From: a virus
Taxonomy: Duplodnaviria; Caudoviricetes
Virus record (IMG/VR): IMGVR_UViG_3300031726_000030
Location: 1 to 32,904 of that record
Strand: one strand, 5' to 3'
Length of the DNA stretch: 32,904 nt
Below the pieces are notes generated by a model, which saw only the letters and a list, made by a program, of their open reading frames with translations, did no database searches and was not told where the DNA came from. Position 1 is the stretch's first letter. Every line of letters begins with the position of its first letter. A program made the position numbers and the translations under genes. Shown here piece by piece: positions 26,649-32,904 of the stretch.

Positions 26649-29098
26649 GAAATAACTCCGCGAAAATAGAACTTTCCGTTAGCAGCAAACAAACTAGCCT
26701 CGATGCAATACGCCTGCCCGACTTCCAACTTCTCAAGCTGAGCCCGATATTGCTCAACCGTCTTGCCTGAGCAGAAAATTTCCAGCGATCCAGTCTCGTC
26801 CCCGATTCGCATGATCCAGCGAGCGCCAGTCTTACCGGCAAACTCGTGGATGTAGTCCAGGACGCCCACAAAATGAACGGCTTGATTCTCCAGACCATGA
26901 TTGATGTCGGGAAGATTGTGCTTCTTGCGGAGGTCGTCTACTTTGTCCATCGTGTCGTAAACGGAAGGCAGAGCGATAGCTTTCTTGCAGCCTTCACTGA
27001 TGTTGTTCCCTGCGATTTGCTTCATGTAGGTTTCTGCACGGCTGGGTCCGATACCCGGCTTGTCGCACCAGCCCCCGTAGAGCTTTCCGTCCAAAACCCT
27101 CCAATCGGAATAAGAGAGAAACGTATCGAAGATGACAACTTCAAAACCTCGGTTGCGAGCCTCTCGGATCAATTCAATCCCCTGCTCCGTCCCGGTCGTG
27201 TGGTTCAGGCAAGTAGCATAGAACGCCAGCGGATCAACCCGCTTCGCTCGCAGACAGGCCCAGGAGAGCCACGCATAGGCTACAGCATGGCTCTTGTTGA
27301 ACAGATAGGCTCCACAGCCTAGGATGAAGTCCCAAGCCTCCAAAAGGGCCTTCTTGGGATGGGACGACAGGCCCTGCTTCAGATACTCGGCCTTATAGAC
27401 TTCCAATCCTGCGGCTCCCTGGGATTTGGCAATCGCCTTCCGGAGCTTCGTCACCGTGGTATCGGGCAGCCCGAGCCCTTTGAAGAAGGCCATGACCTGC
27501 TCCTGATAGATCATCAGGCCCTTGGTTTCTGTCAGATAGGGGGCGATCAAGGCTGGCGCGTGGGGCTTCTCGCCGTAGAGCATGAGCCGCTTGTAGGCTT
27601 CCGCCACGCCAGCCGCCAGCGGGCCGGGCCGGGCAATGGCACTGATGATCGCCAGATCATTGAATTCCTGGGGTGGAACTTGGTGGGCAATGGCTCGGAG
27701 TGCGCCGCCTTCAAACTGGAAGATCCCTTGCCAACGCCCCGCCTGGGCATCCACAAAGTCTTCCGGTTCGGCCTTCATGTCCACTTTCTCTGTCCAGGGG
27801 AAGTCCCGGAGAATGGTTAGGGTCCGGAGGCCCAGGCAATCCAGCTTCAGGAGCCCCAGGGCCTCAGCATCCCGCATGTCGATCTGAGCCACGCCGTTTT
27901 CCACCCGGCAGTATTTCGAAAGGGATTCTCCAGGGGCAATCAAGACGCCCGCTGCGTGTTGCCCCAGGGCCTTTGTGGTGCCTTCCAGGGGCAGGAGGCT
28001 AGGGATGGAGGGGTGAATGTCCTTGAGGCCATCTAGCGCCTTTTGAAGCGTATCAGGCGGACCTTCTTCCCCCGCGAGGCGTGTCTGAATCCGATCCCTA
28101 ACACAATCGCCCAATGACTGGGGCAACGCAAGCGCCCGTAGACCATCTTGGAGAGCGGCTTTACCCGCCCGTGTAAGAACGGTTCCAACTCTTGCCACGC
28201 TTGCTGAACCATAGATATCTTCAAGGTGAGTGAATATTTCATCGCGGCGCTCGTCTTCAAAGTCCAGATCAATGTCCGGCATGTCGGTTCGGGAAGGGTC
28301 AAGGAACCGTTCAAAGAGAAGGTCGTGCTTGATGGGGTCTACCTCGGTGATGCCCAGCAGGTAGGCTACCAGGGAGCCCGAAGACGATCCCCGGCCAGGG
28401 CCTTGAGCGATGCCGACTGAATTCGCCCATTGACAGACCTCCGTTACGATCCGGAAGTAGCCTTCGAATCCTTTGGAATGAATGACGGTCAATTCGTGGC
28501 AAAGGCGTTCTGAATAAGGACTTTTATTCAATCCGAGATTGATAAGAGTCCCGCTACACACTTGGGCGATATTGATGCCAGTAACTTGGGGAGGCTTGGC
28601 TTTTGGAATTCGCACCGATTCAAATTGATCCTCAAGCGGGCGTTCTCGATTTGGAAAAACGTAGTAATCACACAAGTGCCTCGGATAAATGGCGTAGGCG
28701 TCATTGGGCCAGCGAAGTCCATGAAGGATTTCTTGATTCTCAAAAATATAAGCCGGACTCTGAAGAGAAGGCTCAAGCAAAACGATGTTGTCTGAGACTT
28801 GATCCCCGGCCTTCATACTATAGAGTTCCTGGAGTCCGTCCTGAGTGCGAGCCAGCGCTACACGGGGCAAGGTGCCTTCCCGGAATGGCCAAGCGAATTC
28901 CATCCCAAAGATCGGTTCAATCTTGGCCTCAAGGCAGGCGTCTTGGAATTCCCGATGACCGAAGCAATTCGTATCCGTCAGGGCGATCGCTTCCATCTTG
29001 TTCTGAACGGCGAAGGACACGAGATCCTTCACGGTGCCGGTGCCTTTCGGCTTGCCATTCTCGCAGGAATACTCGGTTCGGGTTCGGAGATGAAGCAT
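26645..29098 (-). CDS. dnaE: family C DNA polymerase (DNA polymerase III alpha-like), compact
   Basis: HLRTRTEYS, ALTD, GPGRGSSSGSLVAYLLGITEVDP, FERFL, MPDIDLDF, HAAGV, KLDCLGL, RPGP, YQEQVM, FNKSHAVAY. Start 29098 has a GAGG RBS; the alternative start is 29116. Confidence 0.95.
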   Translation of the reverse strand: MLHLRTRTEYSCENGKPKGTGTVKDLVSFAVQNKMEAIALTDTNCFGHREFQDACLEAKIEPIFGMEFAWPFREGTLPRVALARTQDGLQELYSMKAGDQVSDNIVLLEPSLQSPAYIFENQEILHGLRWPNDAYAIYPRHLCDYYVFPNRERPLEDQFESVRIPKAKPPQVTGINIAQVCSGTLINLGLNKSPYSERLCHELTVIHSKGFEGYFRIVTEVCQWANSVGIAQGPGRGSSSGSLVAYLLGITEVDPIKHDLLFERFLDPSRTDMPDIDLDFEDERRDEIFTHLEDIYGSASVARVGTVLTRAGKAALQDGLRALALPQSLGDCVRDRIQTRLAGEEGPPDTLQKALDGLKDIHPSIPSLLPLEGTTKALGQHAAGVLIAPGESLSKYCRVENGVAQIDMRDAEALGLLKLDCLGLRTLTILRDFPWTEKVDMKAEPEDFVDAQAGRWQGIFQFEGGALRAIAHQVPPQEFNDLAIISAIARPGPLAAGVAEAYKRLMLYGEKPHAPALIAPYLTETKGLMIYQEQVMAFFKGLGLPDTTVTKLRKAIAKSQGAAGLEVYKAEYLKQGLSSHPKKALLEAWDFILGCGAYLFNKSHAVAYAWLSWACLRAKRVDPLAFYATCLNHTTGTEQGIELIREARNRGFEVVIFDTFLSYSDWRVLDGKLYGGWCDKPGIGPSRAETYMKQIAGNNISEGCKKAIALPSVYDTMDKVDDLRKKHNLPDINHGLENQAVHFVGVLDYIHEFAGKTGARWIMRIGDETGSLEIFCSGKTVEQYRAQLEKLEVGQAYCIEASLFAANGKFYFRGVIS

Positions 29099-29180
29099 CA
29101 CAAGCCTCTCAGGCATACATATTGCCGCAGAACTAAAGCGCCACAGCGATTTTCAAGTCTGGTGAAAACGCGAGTGATCA

Positions 29181-29618
29181 TCAGCGCACCTTGAATGATT
29201 CAACGCCCATGCCACAACTGGTGCAGAATCGAGAAGCAATCCTCACGGCTTCAATGGCATCGGCGCCTTTGGCGAGAGCCCCAAGCGCATAGTCGCGCCC
29301 GCTTCCCCACGCGGCGAATTTCTCTTCCACGATTTGCCGAAAAGGAAGCTGCTTGAAACAGAACGGCTTTCCTTTGGGCGGAACGACAATAAGGCGGACC
29401 CAGTTTTCCTTGTCAGCCTGAGACGCAGGCCACAAAGAAGGAGTGGCGCCATTCTTATACCACTCGACAAGAGCCAGACCGCGCTCATATTCCCCTGTGA
29501 AAGCAAGCACCGTGCTGTCTTCCAGCATGAAGATTTTCTTGGACTTCATTCGGAGATCGCCCTGCTGACCTTGGAGATCCGACGCAACTCTCTTGCCGTC
29601 CCAAACGACTACGCTCAT
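29181..29618 (-). CDS. HslV/proteasome-beta-like Ntn-hydrolase
   Basis: N-terminal MSVVVWDGKRVASD, KIF, AAWGSGRDYALGAL, AIEAVRIA...C..CG. Confidence 0.75.
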   Translation of the reverse strand: MSVVVWDGKRVASDLQGQQGDLRMKSKKIFMLEDSTVLAFTGEYERGLALVEWYKNGATPSLWPASQADKENWVRLIVVPPKGKPFCFKQLPFRQIVEEKFAAWGSGRDYALGALAKGADAIEAVRIASRFCTSCGMGVESFKVR

Positions 29619-29621
29619 GAG

Positions 29622-29930
29622 TCATCCTTTCTTGAGAGATTCAGCCACGATATTGGCAATCTGGAGATTGGCGTCAGCCCGCTTGCCGTGATAAGCGGCA
29701 CTCCGCTTCATCACGAGCAGAATGGCCTGAGCCTCTGGCAACTTGGCACATTCCGAGAGCCACGCCAGCATCCCAATTATTTCGGAGTCCTTCGCACAGA
29801 GATAGGCGTGGAGCGAAGGCCGATCGGTGTTGAGTTGCATGCTTAGGTGTTTGACGAGTGCCGCCAGGTGATCGGCGGGAGCGTCGTCTTCACGGAGCTT
29901 GATGGGTTTGGGAGGAAAGAAGGCCATCAC
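29622..29930 (-). CDS. hypothetical protein
   Basis: 102-aa ORF coupled to the upstream gene by a GTGA overlap, with GAGG RBS. Confidence 0.65.
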   Translation of the reverse strand: MMAFFPPKPIKLREDDAPADHLAALVKHLSMQLNTDRPSLHAYLCAKDSEIIGMLAWLSECAKLPEAQAILLVMKRSAAYHGKRADANLQIANIVAESLKKG

Positions 29931-30286
29931 TTCACCTCAAATGTAAAATATTCTCCAAATTTTTCAGGCTCAAATCCAGGTTGCAAAGCTTTATGAAGTG
30001 CAGATCGAGCGATGTTGAGCCTGCTTTCAAGATGACTGATGTGATGTCTCTTGCGCTGAACAAATGAAGCGACGGCTTCTTCTTTTGTAGGATAGGCCCA
30101 CCGCTTTCTTGATGGAACGCCGCCCCAATGACTGCAAAGCACAAATTTCTTTTTGCCGTTATACATGATCCAGTCACCATGCGAAGTTTCTTTGATAACA
30201 CGATGAGCCTCAATGAGAACATCTGCTCTTGGTTCATCTTCCGAAGCCCACGCTCTCACTTCAAAAACACGATAAAGAACTTTCAT
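29927..30286 (-). CDS. hypothetical phage protein
   Basis: 119 aa, VIKETSHGDWI...KRWAYPTKEEAVASF, overlap-coupled at both ends. Confidence 0.75.
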   Translation of the reverse strand: MKVLYRVFEVRAWASEDEPRADVLIEAHRVIKETSHGDWIMYNGKKKFVLCSHWGGVPSRKRWAYPTKEEAVASFVQRKRHHISHLESRLNIARSALHKALQPGFEPEKFGEYFTFEVK

Positions 30287-30795
30287 CGCTTCTCCCTTCG
30301 CGCTTCCAGCGCCTCGCAGATCACCTTGAGAGCCCGGCAGTCAGCCAGAGCCGAGTGAGCGTTTACCATCTTGGCACCAGTCAGAGCGGCATATAAATCC
30401 GCCTGCTTCCACCTCTTTCCGCTGTCCATCTGAGCGTCGTGCATGGGGTCGTGCCAATGCGCGGGCGGAAGCACACGCCCCAGGCGCATGAATTCGTAGC
30501 GAAGCACGTTCTGATCAAACGAGCAGTTGTAGGCTGAGACTTTCTTGCTGATCAGATACGAGGCTACAGCATCGGCAATTTCGGCAAAGGTCGGGGCGTT
30601 CGCCACCATGGCATCCGTGATTCCATGAATGCGCGTGACCTCTGGCGGAATGGGGACGGGAGGCTTGACGTAGGAGTGATATTCGAATTCATCGGAGAGG
30701 ATACAAATCTCAACAATGTAGGGTTGAGCTTCCAGTGGAGCGGCCTGGGGCAGAAGTAGGCCGGTCGTCTCGGTGTCAAGGAAGAGGGGGAGCAT
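30283..30795 (-). CDS. DEDDh 3'-5' exonuclease (DnaQ/epsilon-like)
   Basis: ExoI LDTETTGL, IHGIT, ExoII AYNCSFD, ExoIII HSALADC. Start 30795 by TGATG overlap. Confidence 0.92.
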   Translation of the reverse strand: MLPLFLDTETTGLLLPQAAPLEAQPYIVEICILSDEFEYHSYVKPPVPIPPEVTRIHGITDAMVANAPTFAEIADAVASYLISKKVSAYNCSFDQNVLRYEFMRLGRVLPPAHWHDPMHDAQMDSGKRWKQADLYAALTGAKMVNAHSALADCRALKVICEALEARREKR

Positions 30796-30923
30796 CAGCA
30801 GTTCCTTATCAAAATGAGCAGCAACACGGCGGCCAAAAGCCCAAGGAAAAAGCCCCACGCCTGATTCCAAAAATCTCGCTTCGCAAGTTTCACGGCGTCA
30901 GGATCGCGGGGCCATTTGGGCAT
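30795..30923 (-). CDS. small single-pass membrane protein (42 aa)
   Basis: AGGAG RBS then ATG at 30923: MPKWPRDPDAVKLAKRDFWNQAWGFFLGLLAAVLLLILIRNC. Confidence 0.65.
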   Translation of the reverse strand: MPKWPRDPDAVKLAKRDFWNQAWGFFLGLLAAVLLLILIRNC

Positions 30924-30942
30924 TGTCGGGTTCTCCTGAAAA

Positions 30943-31078
30943 GAATAGCGGCCCCTTGGTAGCCGTCCAGATTGGGATATTGATTTACTGGACCTGCGAC
31001 CGTCCACGCGCCCCAAGGGTTCCCGGCCTCAGAGAAGATTCAGCTTATCTTGCCCAGCCTATTCTCTCGCCGCTATTC
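30943..31078 (-). ncRNA. candidate structured intergenic RNA, family not recognised
   Basis: Nested complementary stems: GAATAGCGGC/GCCGCTATTC (10 bp), CCCTTGG/CCAAGGG (7 bp), GTCCAG/CTGGAC (6 bp), plus an imperfect hairpin. A U-run follows the 3' end. Confidence 0.55.
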
Positions 31079-31090
31079 AAAGATCAAATC

Positions 31091-31957
31091 CTATTCGTCA
31101 ATGTCCTTCTCAGGCGCCGCATGAACCGCGCCACCGACCACGCTCTCACGGAACGCGGAGCATTCATCCAGGAGCTTCTCGCCGCCCAGGTCAAGCGCCC
31201 GCGCTTCGGACGCAAAGGCCCACAGGAGCCACGCGCCAAGCTCACCGCTGGTTTCCTCGCTGGTGAACCTGAAGGCCCGCCAGAACATCGGGAAGGCCCG
31301 CAGGCGACCGCTGGCATCCGTCTCGCGGAACATCTGGATATTGCTCGCCAGTTTCTTGGAGACTTTGAATTGGCTCTTGTTCAGGCCGAAGACGGCAGGC
31401 ATCCAGGACTTGCCTTCATCCTGGGAGGCCATGCCATACCAGGCGCCAGACATCACGACTTCATTGCCGCTGGGGAGAAGCTGATTCCCTTTGTCGTTCG
31501 GGGTGCATTTCAGGAGGATCGAGTCATCCGTCCCGTGGAACGCCGCCGGGGTGCGCTTGGGGGTCCACTCCACGTATTCGCGCCGATAGGCGCAAGGGAT
31601 AAAGAGGAAACCCTTCTCGCGGTTGACGACGGAATTATCCATCGTGAAGATAAAGTCGCCGGGATGAGCGCCCTTGATGTATTCCGGGCGGCTCTTGATG
31701 ACACACGGGCTCGTTCCCTGCGCGAGCTTAATGCGCGGGATGGCCATGTCCTGCTGATCGAAGTCGCTTCCCGCCTCTTCCTTGTAGGAGGCCCACTTGC
31801 TCACGGCGCCGGGAGCAGGCGTGGCGACGGATGCTTTGGGCACCGTGGCGACAGCCGTAGAGACTTCCGGGTGAGGCAGAAGCGGCACTTCGGCTTCCGG
31901 CTCCTTCTTGGGACGAGGCGTCTTCTTGACCGCCGCTTTGGTATTCGTAGCTCTCAT
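31091..31957 (-). CDS. putative single-stranded DNA-binding / annealing protein
   Basis: DMAIPRIKLAQGTSP, REYVEWTP, acidic C-terminus. Typical position in phage replication modules. Strong codon bias. Confidence 0.6.
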   Translation of the reverse strand: MRATNTKAAVKKTPRPKKEPEAEVPLLPHPEVSTAVATVPKASVATPAPGAVSKWASYKEEAGSDFDQQDMAIPRIKLAQGTSPCVIKSRPEYIKGAHPGDFIFTMDNSVVNREKGFLFIPCAYRREYVEWTPKRTPAAFHGTDDSILLKCTPNDKGNQLLPSGNEVVMSGAWYGMASQDEGKSWMPAVFGLNKSQFKVSKKLASNIQMFRETDASGRLRAFPMFWRAFRFTSEETSGELGAWLLWAFASEARALDLGGEKLLDECSAFRESVVGGAVHAAPEKDIDE

Positions 31958-32001
31958 GGTGCAGTCCTCAATAGGGCGGGCACGGCCCGCGTGGTGAATG
32001 A

Positions 32002-32196
32002 TTATTCGTTAAGATTGCGAATCACAAGATCCATGATTTTATAGGCCGTCTGGTAATCATCCCAAGCTTTCAAGACTTCAGGAAATTCAGCTTTGACTTT
32101 TTCTCGATCAAAACTGCACCAGCGAGTGATGTCGCCTTTTTCTTGCCAAAAATAAGCAAGCATCGCGGCCATATCCAATCGATCTTCCAGAGTCAT
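32002..32196 (-). CDS. hypothetical protein (64 aa)
   Basis: ATGA overlap with the upstream gene. AT-richer than neighbours. Confidence 0.65.
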   Translation of the reverse strand: MTLEDRLDMAAMLAYFWQEKGDITRWCSFDREKVKAEFPEVLKAWDDYQTAYKIMDLVIRNLNE

Positions 32197-32744
32197 GAAA
32201 TCACCGCCTTCCGAATGAGTGTCGCGCTGAGCAAATCGAAATCGAGATCTACGCCTTGCGAAGCCAGTTCCCGAAGCGCAGCACTGAGCGTTCCGGCATG
32301 GACCTCTTGGGTCATGACAGGTTCCAGATCATTCTGCTCCAGGAGATCCATGGCCTTCTTCGCCAGGTCTTCCTGGCCTCGGCCAAGATGCACCTCAACA
32401 TCCGTCTTGAGCAGCCCATCCAAGCCGTTCTCTCGGAGCCATTCAATGGCCCGCTGGCGCTTCGCCAGGGCCGCGCTACGCTCGGCGGCGTCCTTGATCT
32501 TCTGGATGGTCGCCAGGGTGCGAATGGAGGCCCGAAGGTCGTCTTTGATCACCAGCGTCATGCCGTTGATCAACTTGACCTCGGAAAGCTGGGCTCCAAA
32601 CATGAGGTCGGGAAGAATGCTTCCTACTAAGAGATCCCGGCGCTTATTCAGCGCCTTCAGAAGATTCTCTTCTGTCTCGATGCGAGCGTCGAGATCCAGA
32701 ACCTCAGCCGCAGTGATGGTGATGTCTTGCAGGTCGCTACTCAT
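32193..32744 (-). CDS. conserved-type phage replication-module protein
   Basis: AIEWLRENG...LKTDVEVHLGRGQE...VHAGTLSA. This pattern usually precedes the SSB-like gene. GGAGG RBS. Confidence 0.75.
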   Translation of the reverse strand: MSSDLQDITITAAEVLDLDARIETEENLLKALNKRRDLLVGSILPDLMFGAQLSEVKLINGMTLVIKDDLRASIRTLATIQKIKDAAERSAALAKRQRAIEWLRENGLDGLLKTDVEVHLGRGQEDLAKKAMDLLEQNDLEPVMTQEVHAGTLSAALRELASQGVDLDFDLLSATLIRKAVIS

Positions 32745-32904
32745 TCTGGGATTCCTCCTTCAATAAAACCGTTGGCAGAAGCCCAAGCATTGAGTCTGTC
32801 AAAGCCAAACACATCTTCGGGCTCTAAATTACTTTTAATCCATTCGATTGCTTCATCAAGCGGATATTGCGGAAGCAACATCTCCGAAAACTTTTTATTC
32901 TGAG
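32741..32904 (-). CDS. hypothetical protein, 5'-truncated by window edge
   Basis: Open frame ...YPLDEAIEWIKSNLEPEDVFGFDRLNAWASANGFIEGGIPE*, stop overlapping the next ATG. Confidence 0.6.
   Translation of the reverse strand, partial: QNKKFSEMLLPQYPLDEAIEWIKSNLEPEDVFGFDRLNAWASANGFIEGGIPE

Noticed and set aside
26670-26710. EASLF near the DnaE C-terminus as a beta-clamp-binding motif
   Set aside because: It lacks the conserved Gln and appears to lie within a strand of the OB-like domain.
30923-32044. 373-aa plus-strand ORF (also 7315..8070 and 25507..26271)
   Set aside because: Antisense shadows of strongly biased real genes (SSB-like, MCP, helicase), with no protein motifs.

Overview
The window is about 33 kb of a tailed dsDNA phage genome with podovirus-type architecture. 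The + strand (1955-22898) carries a complete morphogenesis operon: small basic protein, probable TerS, TerL, portal, scaffold, N4-gp56-type major capsid protein, tailspike, tail adaptor, nozzle, GNAT-like protein, three ejection proteins and two short tail proteins. The - strand (22958-32904) carries a replication/early module: SSB-like protein, DEDDh exonuclease, HslV-like Ntn hydrolase, compact DnaE-type polymerase, SNF2 helicase, VRR-NUC nuclease and RyR-repeat protein. It ends in a cluster of small unknown genes and a terminator where it meets the structural operon. Small leftward genes occupy 1-996. The most striking feature is the non-coding divergent region 997-1954. It holds a tandem array of five sigma54 (RpoN) -24/-12 motifs, four spaced 26-28 bp apart, plus one divergent sigma54 motif with candidate enhancer repeats, and ten TGAAAG iteron-like repeats around an AT-rich tract. 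Also notable are a ~136-nt multi-stem intergenic RNA candidate (30943-31078) and two probable paralogous 131-aa genes lying in one reading frame. I saw no integrase, lysis cassette, tRNA or CRISPR array. All product calls come from motif recognition by eye, not from database searches.
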